From the NCBI GenBank assembly GCA_000004985.1, contig GG738902.1: 64,000 nt of DNA; one strand, 5' to 3'. Position 1 is the stretch's first letter. Each line of letters begins with the position of its first letter. Both the position numbers and the translations under genes were made by a program. This DNA comes from Naegleria gruberi (lineage: Eukaryota). Under the pieces are notes generated by a model. That model saw nothing but the letters and a program-made list of their open reading frames with translations. It was not told the DNA's origin and searched no databases. Of this stretch, positions 32,840-44,561 are shown piece after piece.

Positions 32840-33880
32840 TTATTCATGCCAAGTTACATTGGGTCTCCATTTGAGGTAGACATTTTGATGATAATCCTGT
32901 GAAGCTTGTTGAGATAGCTCAACATGTTGATAATCACTCATGAAACTCGTTTGTGCAACTCTTTGAAATGGTTGAATTTTGTTCACACGTTTATGTCTGT
33001 ACGATGAATGAACACAGGATAAATAATCCTCCCACATTGCCTTTTCCTTTTCATTGAGTTGAACAGAGTTTGAATTGAGTAGTATTTGAGAGAGTCCATG
33101 AATTTGAATTCCTGGTTGATAATCAGTATCGTCAAAGAGTGTGCATTCTCTATAATTGAGAATTTGCTGACCATTGAATCCATCATTGTCGAATTTAAAA
33201 GGTGTTCCATCATCTCTGAACATGATGAATGTAAATTTGTGATTGAGTGGTGCAATTAAGTCTCGTTTCAACATATTTCCCAATCCCCATCCTTTGAATT
33301 TCATTTTCATGAATTGGAGTTGGCTTATGGTTAGTGATTCTTCTAGAAATGATAGAGGATTTTGGCAGTCTCTCTTTCTAATATTCAATCCGAAACAGAA
33401 CAGAAATTTGAAATGGAAATGTTCTTTCCAACTCATTGATTTAATTTCTGGAGAGGCAAACTTTTCCAATATTGATTCGATATCATTCTTTTTTGCTGCT
33501 GATGAGCCACATAAATAGTCCAGTTTATGCAACATTCGGTCAATCTCTGAAAAATCAACAAATTGTTTCGGTGCAGTTGACTGAACTGGTTGTTGTTCAT
33601 CATCATCAATAGGACGATAATAAATCTCCCCTTCAGTGCCATTTCCCAACACTTCTCTATAGTATAGTTTTGCAAATTTTTCACTTTCAATGAATTTCCG
33701 CCAACTTTTGCAAACTATTCTTGGATCGAAAAAGAGGAAAGCAGGTGGAAGAAACAATAAAATTTCATAGAGAATTGGTTCATGATCAAACCAGCAATAG
33801 TGCTGGGCAGCAGTATCAACAACGCGTTGATAGGTCATTTTTTTTGGAAACTCCTTTCGTCTGATTTTGGTACGAATCAT
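32840..33880 (-). CDS. Hypothetical protein with N-terminal F-box-like motif (346 aa).
   Basis: HEPILYEILLFLPPAFLFFDPRIVCKSWRKFI fits the F-box consensus. The remainder is uncharacterised. Confidence 0.45.
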   Translation of the reverse strand: MIRTKIRRKEFPKKMTYQRVVDTAAQHYCWFDHEPILYEILLFLPPAFLFFDPRIVCKSWRKFIESEKFAKLYYREVLGNGTEGEIYYRPIDDDEQQPVQSTAPKQFVDFSEIDRMLHKLDYLCGSSAAKKNDIESILEKFASPEIKSMSWKEHFHFKFLFCFGLNIRKRDCQNPLSFLEESLTISQLQFMKMKFKGWGLGNMLKRDLIAPLNHKFTFIMFRDDGTPFKFDNDGFNGQQILNYRECTLFDDTDYQPGIQIHGLSQILLNSNSVQLNEKEKAMWEDYLSCVHSSYRHKRVNKIQPFQRVAQTSFMSDYQHVELSQQASQDYHQNVYLKWRPNVTWHE

Positions 33881-35457
33881 TAAATTAATTGTGTAAAGTT
33901 AATTATTTATTAATTATTCATCATGTTGAATTTAGTATAATATTGCACATGGTAAAAAAGTGATGAAATTTTCATGTAAGAAACTGACTCGTAGCTCTCT
34001 TCTAAAGAGGAAATTTCCCTTTCTGTATAATTATTCGATTTGATAATTCGTCCTAGAAGGAACTTTCTATTCGAAACAAGTGATCAAAACAAACACCATC
34101 TGCAGCTATCGTGCCACCAGTTCACAACTCAAACTGTCAATTCAACAACTGAAATAACAATCATCCTATCCAACAAGCAACCAATTCACAGCAATAAAAA
34201 CAAATTCTTCTCCTTTGTGTGTTAACATATGTGAAAATTATGAATCAATTATATTGACCAAACTCCATTATCAAAGTATCAGATGATATTCAAACCTCTG
34301 TGTTTTCATAGTTTTCGTTGTGTCTTTTGAAAACCATGTTAAACTCTAAAAATAAACACCAAAAAAAAATTGTTATTCACATTTTCACGCGCACTGCTGC
34401 TGAACACACAACAATTTTTGAATCCCTTTGAGAGTTGTTGAAACTTGCAAGTTGATTTTTGAAAAGTTTGAACACTGTGTGCACTGTTCAGCATATATAG
34501 TACCAATATATTGACACATTTGTTGGTCCGGAAAAATCATTTCATCATTGTATTGATCAATTTTTAGATCATCATCACGGAGAGAGCAAAATATCATATC
34601 TCAAGTTGAAAATCATCAACCAAGTTTGCGTAAGTTTAAGGCTTTTCCAAATCGTGTATATTTATTGATAATCTATGATAATCTGCTTTTTCAAAATCAA
34701 ATCATATTATAATAATATCAAACATATGTTGCTGATGATTAACAACAATAATAATAACAATATTTGAAATTCTACTTATATTTAACCTCTCTATATGTGT
34801 GTATTCCTCTATAACGCGGATCATATTGTTGTTGTGATGATATATATCTTGTTGTTTGTGTTGTGTGCACAATGTTCTATTTCATACTAAATTGTACTAA
34901 ATAATCAATTTCTCCTACTTTCTATCCATACACAATTATTACCTAAACTATATAAATTCAATATATAACCATTATAATAATACTATTTCTACTAATTTTA
35001 CTACTTTATTATACGAACAATACGAATAATAACAATGGACCACCCGTGAATATTTACCTCATCCTCTCAACTAATATTTGGCTATCAAAAAACATCTAAA
35101 ATTTCCTCATCATTATCATTTTAAAAAAAAACGGATCAATCAGAACTTCTCCCTGTCATTCAATAATTTGATAGTTGTTGTTGTTGTTTGAAGATAAAGC
35201 TTTTGCTAATAGAATCTCTAGTTGTATATAGTTAGTTCGTTTCAAGGATTTGTGGATTAACAACACAAAGAACGAGTTGAAAAAACTGTTTTATAGTAAT
35301 CGTACAGAAGAATTGAATTGTAACTTGTTGAATATAACAAGAACAATAACATATTCTTACAATATATAATTTATAACAAGAACAACATTTGAGGATCAAA
35401 TTGTTACTTTGCGAGAATAACTTGTTTTTACTACTCTAATTAAAACAAGAGAATATA

Positions 35458-37509
35458 ATGTTGACCAATCATGGAAAATCCGATAATTCATCTTCAGATG
35501 TTCTGACGATAGGTAATAATAACAACATGTATATCCATTCTGGAGGAGATGATTATTATTTACCTCCATCAGCTGAAAGAGATGACTCTTCAGTTCATTC
35601 TGGATCGGAGAGGAATGATTCATCCATGTTGGGTAGTATACCTGAAGATATCGATGATGATAATCTTGGTATCAAGGAATATGGAAGTTTTGCACCACAG
35701 TCAAAACAAGATTTCTCCTCTCCAGTATCTTTGAGACCTCCAGTTAGATTCCCTACACCTACTGTCCCTCTGCCACCTTCTCGTCCACCAACTCTCCAAT
35801 CTCTCTCTAACCCAAGACCTTCACTCCCACCATCTGTTGCTAATACTACTAATGCAATTTCAACACCATCCCAACAATATCCATCAAGTCCTTCCAATAC
35901 ATTCCAAGAATTCGTATCAGGTGAAGAATACAAGAGACCTGTTATTCTTTCTCCATATGATGATTCACATTTCCATCTTGTTGATGAAAAGAGCCGAGTT
36001 AAACAATCGTCGCCTCCTAAAAAAGCAACCACTTCAACAAGTACCACATCAAAGACAACCAATTCAAGTACTACTAGTAACAGTATTAATTCTACAAATC
36101 ATACATCTGCTGCTGTTACTTCAGTTAAATCATCTAATGGAACAACAACAACATTTGAGCCAAAAAACAATCAAGTAGGTCTAAAGACACTGCTGGCTCA
36201 AAAACAACAACAAATGCAACAACAAAAAGAAGACAAAATGGAAACTGATGAAAAAACAAAGGAAGATAAGAAGGAAGAAAAGGTCAAGGAAGAAAAGCCT
36301 AAAAAAACCACTAAGACATCAAAGAAAAAATCTAAGAAGGATTCAGATTCAGAATCGGAATATGTGGATGAATCGGAATCAGATGAATCAGATAAAAAAC
36401 CATCTAAAAAGACTAAAAAGAAGGAAAAGATTAAGAAACCAACCAAACCAAAAACAACCAAAAAGGAAACTAAAAAAGAGGAAGAGAAAAAGGAAACTAA
36501 AAAGGAAACTAAAAAGGAAACCAAAAAGGAAACCAGATCAAGTAAGAAGGATATTACTATTCCAAGTCCTAAGCGAACACTAGATCCGAGTGGTTCAGAG
36601 AATGAAACCAACGGAGGTGATGAGCCAAAATCTAAAAAGAATAAGATTACATCATCAATAATTGATGAACCAATTACTGCTACTATTACTACTAAACCTA
36701 GTGTGGAGACAATTAGTGCTCCTGTTGTAAAAACTACAAGTCAAATTGTTAAAGAGAAATTAGAGGCCAGAAAGTCTCAAACCAGACCAAACGAAGATCC
36801 TCCAAAGAAGAAATCTGAAACAAAACAAACTCTTGCCAAGAAACAAAAACATACTGCTGATGATAAGATGAAACAAAAGAAGAGTTCAGAGGCAATTTCG
36901 TACTATCTGAGAGCAGGTATCTTGTTTAGTGAAGGTGCTCACTTTTCAAAGGAAGCTTATTTGATTTCATCCAAGGAAAACAAACAAACTTATTTCTTTG
37001 ATGCAGTCAATTTACTACAACAAACTGTTGCCTACTTGAAACAAATTGCTAAAATGGCTCTTCAACATGGTGAAATTCAAAAGGCTGCTCTCACTCATCT
37101 GCTGTTATTCACAACTGTGAAAGTGTGGTTCAAGCTGAAATCAGAAACAATTGTAAAGTATAAGAATTATTTAATGGCAAAAGTTAATGAATTGGGAGGA
37201 GCCTCAACAGGCAATAGTCAATCAACTTCTCCAGCTGTGACATCCCCTCAATCAGTCTCGACTCCTTCACCAATTCATAGCTCCATGAATGCTACAGAAG
37301 GTATTCAGAAAAAGGAAGTGGAAAAACTTTGTAAAGAATTAGACGTTGTTTCCCAACTTGCTGAACAAGAAGATAATTTAAATCTTCAACTCAAGAACTT
37401 TGCTGTATACAGAGAAGATTCCGAACTAATGATTCGTGTCTATCAGGGAGATCTCATGTTTGTCACAATGTTCATTGAAGAAGAATTGATAAAACTAGAT
37501 GTGTTTTAA
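35458..37509 (+). CDS. S/T/P/K/E-rich low-complexity protein (683 aa) with a structured C-terminal region.
   Basis: Long ORF with an ATG start, poly-Ser/Thr, a KKETKKE repeat block and a helical C-terminus. Confidence 0.5.
   Translation: MLTNHGKSDNSSSDVLTIGNNNNMYIHSGGDDYYLPPSAERDDSSVHSGSERNDSSMLGSIPEDIDDDNLGIKEYGSFAPQSKQDFSSPVSLRPPVRFPTPTVPLPPSRPPTLQSLSNPRPSLPPSVANTTNAISTPSQQYPSSPSNTFQEFVSGEEYKRPVILSPYDDSHFHLVDEKSRVKQSSPPKKATTSTSTTSKTTNSSTTSNSINSTNHTSAAVTSVKSSNGTTTTFEPKNNQVGLKTLLAQKQQQMQQQKEDKMETDEKTKEDKKEEKVKEEKPKKTTKTSKKKSKKDSDSESEYVDESESDESDKKPSKKTKKKEKIKKPTKPKTTKKETKKEEEKKETKKETKKETKKETRSSKKDITIPSPKRTLDPSGSENETNGGDEPKSKKNKITSSIIDEPITATITTKPSVETISAPVVKTTSQIVKEKLEARKSQTRPNEDPPKKKSETKQTLAKKQKHTADDKMKQKKSSEAISYYLRAGILFSEGAHFSKEAYLISSKENKQTYFFDAVNLLQQTVAYLKQIAKMALQHGEIQKAALTHLLLFTTVKVWFKLKSETIVKYKNYLMAKVNELGGASTGNSQSTSPAVTSPQSVSTPSPIHSSMNATEGIQKKEVEKLCKELDVVSQLAEQEDNLNLQLKNFAVYREDSELMIRVYQGDLMFVTMFIEEELIKLDVF
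36487..36535 (+). repeat. 15-bp in-frame tandem repeat (aaaaaggaaac[tc]aaa), about four copies, encoding KKETK repeats.
   Basis: Direct read of 36481-36540. Confidence 0.7.
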
Positions 37510-37626
37510 CAATCCAATAACAATACATTCAATAACTTATTTAAATGCAACAATAAATATATAAGATGATTTATTATTATTATGTTGACATTCAATTTAA
37601 TAATAAATCAAGGTTTGCTTTCTCTA

Positions 37627-38310
37627 TTAATGAGCTAAACACTTCTCCAAAGTTGGACAATAACTTGGAACCTTGAAAACATCAGCATCTACCTTCTCTG
37701 TTTGATCATAATATACAACTTGCTCATTACCAGTGAATGTAAAAGTATTCACATTCAAAATCCAACATTTTCCACTCTCAATTCGCTCATCATTAAAAAC
37801 CCAATATTCAGCATCTTGTCCATACTTGTTAACAGCTTCAATTCTATTGGCATTATATTGACCAATCTTTCCCTTTGTAATCTTTCCACTCTTTGGAACA
37901 CAAGATGGTTGCCACTTGCTTGGATCTGTATTCACTTTCACACATGAACAAATACCTTCGAATGGCACACGATATTCTACACTAATTGTTTCACTAACTT
38001 TGAAATCCCACAATGTGAATGAGTAAACCTTACCAGAGATTGAAAATGAACCGGATTGTCTGATCTTTCCAAGATTGTAATCACCAAAGAAGGAAGAAGA
38101 ACCTTCAGAAAGAGCCAAAGTTTGGTTGACATCATTTATGGCCACAATGTTGAAGGATGAGTTGTAGGAGTGGACATTTGGTAAGCAACAATAGTTGTTG
38201 TTGCCTTGTTGGTCCATTTGACTTTCCAATAGTTTGAAAGAATCGAATGCAGTCAAAAAAGAAACAAGAGTCAAGATGATGAATGAAACAGCAAGAGCTT
38301 GTACGTGCAT
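37627..38310 (-). CDS. Secreted ependymin-related (EPDR/MERP-like) protein.
   Basis: Signal peptide MHVQALAVSFIILTLVSFLTA. The mature region begins CCLPNVHSYNSS (compare CCAPKQWEG of EPDR1) and ends VFKVPSYCPTLEKC (compare VFTPPSTCQ). Conserved Cys spacing, about 200 aa. Confidence 0.55.
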   Translation of the reverse strand: MHVQALAVSFIILTLVSFLTAFDSFKLLESQMDQQGNNNYCCLPNVHSYNSSFNIVAINDVNQTLALSEGSSSFFGDYNLGKIRQSGSFSISGKVYSFTLWDFKVSETISVEYRVPFEGICSCVKVNTDPSKWQPSCVPKSGKITKGKIGQYNANRIEAVNKYGQDAEYWVFNDERIESGKCWILNVNTFTFTGNEQVVYYDQTEKVDADVFKVPSYCPTLEKCLAH

Positions 38311-38441
38311 TTTTTTCTAGTCAACTGAAATATAACGACCACTCCCAATCAGCACAACACACCATCAAATTACAATCTAATAAAATTAGATGAAAGCTCA
38401 ACAAATAATTTTACAAAACACAAAACAATTAATTAAAAAAA

Positions 38442-39026
38442 ATGCCAAAACGTAAAGCTGCTGCCCCATCATCCACACAAACTCTAGAACCGTCATCAAA
38501 TAAAAAGAAAAAATCGGAAGAGAAGGTTGAATTGCTGAATAAAATATTGAATGCACTCGAGGAAAATAATGCATTACAAAAAGCCTTGCTCCGACATCTA
38601 GGAGGAAAAGTTCCTGCTCTTCCTTCATCATCAACAGCCAATTCAAATTCAACAAATAGGACTGCAGCAGTTAATTCAGTTTGTGAAAGTAGTGAAAGTA
38701 GTGATGAAGATGAAATAGTTAGTGATGATGTTGCAATATCATCAAAACGTTCGACTATTAAAACAACTTGTCCATGGACAGGTTCAAATCTGCAAGAACC
38801 TGTTCAATCTAAGAAATGTAAACACGTATATGAAAAGGCAGTGGCTTTCGCAAAATTGAGAACTGGAGGGGGTTATTTTGAATGTCCTATTATTGGTTGT
38901 AAGGAATGCAGAATTACTATAGTAGACCTTGTGGAAAGTCCATCCCTTGCTTTACAAATCAGAAAGGAAATTAAGAGAAAAGAAGAAGAAAAGAGAAAAA
39001 AGGCAGAAAGTTCTGAGGATTGTTGA
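38442..39026 (+). CDS. NSE2/MMS21-like SP-RING protein (SMC5/6 SUMO-ligase subunit homologue).
   Basis: TCPWTGSNLQEPVQSKKCKHVYEKAVAFAKL...YFECPIIGCKE matches the NSMCE2 SP-RING (CPIT...PV..K.CGHTYE..AI...CP..GC). Confidence 0.65.
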   Translation: MPKRKAAAPSSTQTLEPSSNKKKKSEEKVELLNKILNALEENNALQKALLRHLGGKVPALPSSSTANSNSTNRTAAVNSVCESSESSDEDEIVSDDVAISSKRSTIKTTCPWTGSNLQEPVQSKKCKHVYEKAVAFAKLRTGGGYFECPIIGCKECRITIVDLVESPSLALQIRKEIKRKEEEKRKKAESSEDC

Positions 39027-39179
39027 ATTTTAAAATCCACAACCTATATTTTAATTCGTGAAACTGAAAGAAGATTGAGGATTAATTGAGGAATTGGTGA
39101 ATACAAAATATTTATTCAAGGGAATTGTGGAATTTTATTTAAAAGGATATTCAACTTGACAATTAGTTTGTGGAATCAT

Positions 39180-40016
39180 TTAATTAAGTTGGGAAGCAAG
39201 CATGGTATCTTTCAATTCGAGGGCCTTTTTCTTATTGAGAGATTTTACCAAATAATTTCCACATACCACCAAGTTATCTAAATCTCTAATCCATTGAGTG
39301 TTTCTCAACAGTTGGTACGAGGAATCAGTGAGTAAATTTCCTTGCAAATTTAACCTCTTGACATGCTCGAATTTGTTTGACTCACAGAGAATTTTCAAAC
39401 CCTCATCACCAATAAAGGTATTCACCAATTCGAGACGTTTCAAATTTACAAGATATGGAGATTGAACGAGTGATTTAACACTTTTAGGACCGAAATCTGG
39501 ATTATTGTGAATAATTAGAGTTTCGAGAGTTAAAAGTTTCGAACAATTTGCTAGCATCCCAAACGAGTCTGGACTAATATTCGAGCAAAACAGTTCTAAT
39601 TCTTTCACATTTGTTAGGAATGGGCTTTCAACAAGGGCTACTATTGCCGCATCATCAAAATCCATTCTGCCAAATCTGAGACTTGTGATATTTCTGCACT
39701 TTTCTGAATTCAAAAAGTGTTGCAACACTTCTAACGTTAATCCACTCGAGGACTGAATTTCCAATCTATTGAAATCTTGTGTTAAAAGAAGAGGTAGATG
39801 ATTCTCTTGATTGATAATTAGTGAGAGGTCAACTTTAACTTTCTTCTCACAGGAATTTAATTTCTTAATCCTTGGTAAAGAAGGTGGCGATGAAGGACAT
39901 GATGATGTCGAAGATGAAGCAATGGATACGTTATCTGGTTGTGTGGCTTGATCAGTTTCCTTCTTTACACTTTTGTTCAATTTTCTTGGTTTCTTGCTGG
40001 TGAGTTGTTTTGGCAT
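39180..40016 (-). CDS. Leucine-rich-repeat (RNI-like) protein (278 aa).
   Basis: Repeated L..L.L..N.I...G...L units throughout; S-rich N-terminus. Confidence 0.5.
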   Translation of the reverse strand: MPKQLTSKKPRKLNKSVKKETDQATQPDNVSIASSSTSSCPSSPPSLPRIKKLNSCEKKVKVDLSLIINQENHLPLLLTQDFNRLEIQSSSGLTLEVLQHFLNSEKCRNITSLRFGRMDFDDAAIVALVESPFLTNVKELELFCSNISPDSFGMLANCSKLLTLETLIIHNNPDFGPKSVKSLVQSPYLVNLKRLELVNTFIGDEGLKILCESNKFEHVKRLNLQGNLLTDSSYQLLRNTQWIRDLDNLVVCGNYLVKSLNKKKALELKDTMLASQLN

Positions 40017-40752
40017 TTTTTTTATGAGTGGAAAAATTATTTTTAGATTTGAAGTGTTGCTTTTAACAAGCTGCTAACGAAAATTTATGTTTTTTCGAGC
40101 TAAACACATCAATCAAAAAATTCAATTTGAATAAAACATTGTTTTACAGTTATTTTCAATGTTTCTTTAAACAAGAATATTCTTGTCTATTTGATCTGTT
40201 AGTACTATTATGAAATAACTTAAAATTTAACTCTCGGAACTTCAACATGTCTTCCTAACGAATTCGTGTGGTGAACATTCCGAAACTTTCCTTTACACAA
40301 AACAACATGTTATTCAAGACAGAAAGTTCTTGTATTCCAATGTGTTCTTAAATACATTGCAAAGAAGATTTACATTCATGAGAAGAAAGCAACTACAATG
40401 AACGTTGGAAGGATTTCAATGATATACAGTTCAATTAAGCTTCAATTAACTTTAAAATAGATTCTAATAACATTGAAAACTATCTTGTAACAAAGATACC
40501 CAAATTAGAGTTTGACCTCCAGGAAATTATTTCCAAACAACTGCAATAATATTGAAAAATGGTTCAAAAGAATCAGATTATAATAATTTTCTCTCTGTTA
40601 TCCAAGCTTGAGGTGTTTTAAATTACTCCTTGCGGCATTTCAACAACTGACCTTGCCTTACAACTCCATCTCCGTCTCCTTCTATCATTCGCATAATTGG
40701 CTTCTAAACTGAGTCAAGTCAACTATGCCAAAAAAATCCATCAAAAAAAAAA

Positions 40753-41385
40753 TTGAGAATGAACAAACGCTTAACACTTTTATCTTTGTTCTTGCTATGC
40801 TTGTTAATAAGCATGTCACTTGTTCAACATGTCAACTCTTCTCGACCAAACTGTGCTGAGCCTCTCAACACACAAAACTCTGGTTCTTCAGATTCGTTTG
40901 GAAGGAAAACTCTTCAAGCAGCTGATCAAGATGTCAAGTTGTTGAACAATAAAGAGGGCATAACCTCTCTTCTCATTGATAGTATGGCCAGAAATGCAAT
41001 GGCTCAATTATCTCCAAGTGTTTTCAATGGTGTTCTAGGCCCAACCAATAAGTACATTCCACTTGTTACATTTGAAGCACATGCAAATGCCAAATGTTAT
41101 GCATGTCAAGTGGATTGTTTGAAAAAGTGGAAAGGATTAACGGAGAGAGCTCTTTTCAAATCATGTAAATATAGATATTTCTATTATGGATGTGATAGAC
41201 CATGTTATGGAAGTCATACTGCTTCACAGAAGGATACTGCTGATATGATTGCTATTTGTTATGTTAGGAATAATTGCAGATTTGGAAATGTATTGCTTGA
41301 TTATGCTAAAAAGTATAAGAAGAAGGCAATGAGTTCTATTGTGTGGGATATTGGAACAGCTGCTCAAAATACTAGAGCTGATTAG
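40753..41385 (+). CDS. Secreted Cys-rich hypothetical protein (210 aa).
   Basis: Signal peptide MRMNKRLTLLSLFLLCLLISMSLVQHVNS, followed by multiple Cys. Confidence 0.45.
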   Translation: MRMNKRLTLLSLFLLCLLISMSLVQHVNSSRPNCAEPLNTQNSGSSDSFGRKTLQAADQDVKLLNNKEGITSLLIDSMARNAMAQLSPSVFNGVLGPTNKYIPLVTFEAHANAKCYACQVDCLKKWKGLTERALFKSCKYRYFYYGCDRPCYGSHTASQKDTADMIAICYVRNNCRFGNVLLDYAKKYKKKAMSSIVWDIGTAAQNTRAD

Positions 41386-41575
41386 TTTTGATATTCTTTG
41401 ATTTCGAATAAATAGTTGGAAATGAATTTATTCTAATCTCTGTTCTGATACACGAATTATTTCGGTCAAATATTGAGAGTATAGGTGTGATAGTAGTTGA
41501 TTCTTTTCAAATATTGTTCATAATCCTTAAAGAAAATAGGAAACTGTTCCATGTAAAATTGTAATTGTTTCAAAA

Positions 41576-43992
41576 TTACTCAAACTCCCTTGTAAATATT
41601 CCAGAAAGATCTTGTTCTGATAAAAAGGAACTACTCTCCCAAAATAGTGGATTCTCAAATCCTGTAATACCAACAGACGAGTAGTCTTCTGGTTGAGTAG
41701 GTGTAACTTCAATATTCAGTTGTGTATTTAGTGGAATGTCAATAGGAGTAGGTTGTACACTCACAACACGTCTAACTCTTATCAGAGACAAGTATTGTTC
41801 CATGTCTGCAAGAAGGTCCTTAAAGAAAAGCTCAACAAACTTGTATCGTTTTTTCATCAAATTAAAAGCTCTCATATCCTTCTCAAGAATATCGAAATAA
41901 TCAATTCCGTTATATCTGAAATCTGTACTTTGGCTTGAAATTAGTGTTTTGACAATTTGTAAATGCACATTGGTTGCCTTGGCTACACAGACAAGAGTTT
42001 CTATAGGGAAGAGTGGAAACCAAGCATGTTGCGTTATTTCTGTAATTTCCAAAGCTGCCTTCTCCATAATATCCCTAACAGTTGGATTGTGTGATTTAGA
42101 TAGAATTGAAATTCTCAGTGAGTTTGCAATTAGAGTAAATATTGGATCAACTAGTTCTTCATACTCAGGTCCTACAATTCACTTGTTCAGATATTTGTTT
42201 TATAATGAAACTTACCATATGAAAAACATGCAAGAGCAGGACTCTTTGTTGGAGTGTCTATCAATCCTTTGGCCACCTTTTTGATATTCTCCACACACAT
42301 TTGGACAACACTCCAAATTTCAAAACAATTTTCACTATTAACTTCTCTAGTCACTACACCGATCCATTCCTCTGGAAATTTATCCATTGTAAAGAAGCTA
42401 TAAATATCAGGCAATCTTCTGAGGAATTCTTTCAAGTCCAAACGATTCAAATCATCTCCCAATACATTGTTAAAATAAAATACAAGATTTTCCAAATTTC
42501 TCTCACAGTCTGTCATAGTAGCTCTCTTCTCCTCGCCACTGAGTTGCGTCTTGACATAGTACTGGAGAATTTGCATGTAGAATTTTGCATTTTCGTATCT
42601 TCCAACCCAGCCTTCATACGAGGCCAAATTACCATAAGTTGCTGCAATATGATAGCTTTGAATTTGGTCAAACATTTTAGAAAGTGCCTTTTTGGCTCTT
42701 TGAGCTGTCTTTTCTGCTAGCTCAGCGAGTCCATATCTACATTCACACAATGCTCTCACCGATAAGAAGAGAGGGAACATTTCCTTCTTGTTGCTCTTTT
42801 CTCCTTCGATATCATTTGGTGTTGTAATGTAATTTTCCAATTCTTCCTTGCTCACCAATGGACATCCATCACATGCAATATCAAAATAAAAGTCAATCAC
42901 ATTTCTCTTACTGAGATGACCAACTTCTTCCACATTATCACTATCGGAATCACTATTTTTTTCTGCAATATTATTGTTGGTGGTTGAATGGTATGGTTTG
43001 AATTTTGGATCATTCGAAACTACACCATCCTTTGGTTTGAATGAGGTAACTCCTTTCTTTTTCTTTCTCTTCTTTTTTTCCTCAGTTCCCTTGATTGCAT
43101 TCCTCTTTGATTCTCTATAAATACATTCCACAGATCGTTGTGTACATGCTGTACAACATGGCAATTTCTTATCTGTAATATTATGGTGAATTTTAAAATC
43201 AACAAATAATAAAATACCTACCACTATTAAGGATTTAAAATTAAAATGTTATTTAGATTATTTACATACCATTTTCTATTAAATAGTTAATAATATGAAG
43301 ATTAAAAACACATACCGATGCTGCTTTCTACAAGGCTCACAGGCAATTGGAAAGAATTCAGTATTATCGTCTGTTGCAGCTGTTTGATTTGGTGAGCCAG
43401 TCTTTTCGTTACCTTCTGAACCATTACTACTGCTACTACTCGATTGGCCATTAATAACATTAGTTGATAAATTAATATTTTGATTTGGAATAAATCCTCT
43501 ATTATTATTTACAAAATTCAAATATTCTTGTTGTCTTTGTTGGAAAAGCAATCCGAAACTGTTTGGATTCATTCCTCCCAATAATTGTTGCTGCATTAAT
43601 ATTTGTTGAAGACTTGGATTGTGATTATTCATCATTAATTGTTGATTTACAGGATTCATTGCAGGTTGTTGATTATTTACAGAAGAAATCGATGGATCTT
43701 GAACAGTTTCCCAACCAGAAGCAGAATTTCCTAAAGACTTTCCGAGTGATGATAAAAATCCACCATTATTTCCACTACTTGTATTATCATTACCTAAATT
43801 TGAAAGGAAATTCATTGATGATCCACTATTACTATTATTCATCATCATCATATTATTCATCAATACATTATTCATCATCAACTGGTGCTGAGACGTTGCC
43901 GAATAGCTTTGATTATTACTATTCATTTCAAACGTTTGTTTGGTGTTGTTATTTGTTGGTTCCGAGTTGTCTTGATGATTTAACGGACGCAT
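41576..43992 (-). CDS. Zn(II)2Cys6 (Gal4-type) transcription-factor-like protein. Minus-strand exons 43992..43316, 43275..43270 (6 nt), 43223..43222 (2 nt), 43172..42216 and 42171..41576. Introns are 40, 46, 49 and 44 nt.
   Basis: The spliced junction reads ...ACEPCRKQH R|K C|DKKLPCCTACTQRSVECIY, giving CX2CX6CX6CX2CX6C. Donors are GTATGT, GTATGT, GTAGGT and GTAAGT; acceptors are TAATAG, TAATAG, TTACAG and TTGTAG. The C-terminal half (LQIVKTL...GIDYFDILEKD) is paralogous to the gene at 44562..47128. Confidence 0.7.
43222..43223 (-). other. 2-nt microexon (TG) completing a Cys codon within the Zn2Cys6 gene.
   Basis: Flanked by CCTTAATAG| and |GTAGGTATTTT. A paralogous TG microexon is present at 45316..45317. 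Confidence 0.6.
43270..43275 (-). other. 6-nt microexon (AAAATG) within the Zn2Cys6 gene.
   Basis: Flanked by TTTAATAG| and |GTATGTAAA. Needed to complete the codons CGA-AAA-TG. Confidence 0.55.
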
Positions 43993-44561
43993 TTTTTTCT
44001 TTTAGAATTTAAAATTTCCCGCTACAAAAATGTTAAACACTTCAAAATTGGAATTAAAATTTTGTAATATTGTACCAAATAAATATGTTTAATCAAATTC
44101 CATTCTTGTAATTCATATCCTTTTGTTGTACAGCTTCACCAAGTCAACCAATAGACAATATTTGAACGATTCCACTTATTTTTTTCTATCAGGAAAATGC
44201 TTGAACAGAATCCTCAAATAATGATGAAGGAATGAGATCATAAATGAGTTTGAAGAATTGTCTTTCCACTCAGTATCATCATGTTATCAATACTGAGATC
44301 AACATGCTTAGTAGAGGTGGAGAATAATAAAATTGAAATACCAGCAGCACTTTGGAGGACCTCCATTCGATTCTTGCTCCAATCGTGCTCTTTTTTGTCT
44401 CTTGTTCTCAATTATCAATGTGCGCTCAATTTCCGACGCAAGAATCAAAAAAAAAAAAGACGTTTTCCGTTCGCTCGTCCGTGATGCTTTAGAAACAAGC
44501 AACAGATAACAACACTGTAAAAAAGAAGAATTTGTGGCGTTTTGAGAAAGAGAAGGAAAGA

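Noticed and set aside
36198-36611. Antisense and alternative-frame ORFs 36198..36611(-) and 36248..36583(+) over the K/E/S-rich part of the 35458..37509 gene.
   Set aside because: They are low-complexity AAG/GAA-rich sequence read in other frames. They are nested in a longer ORF whose conserved C-terminal region is in frame.
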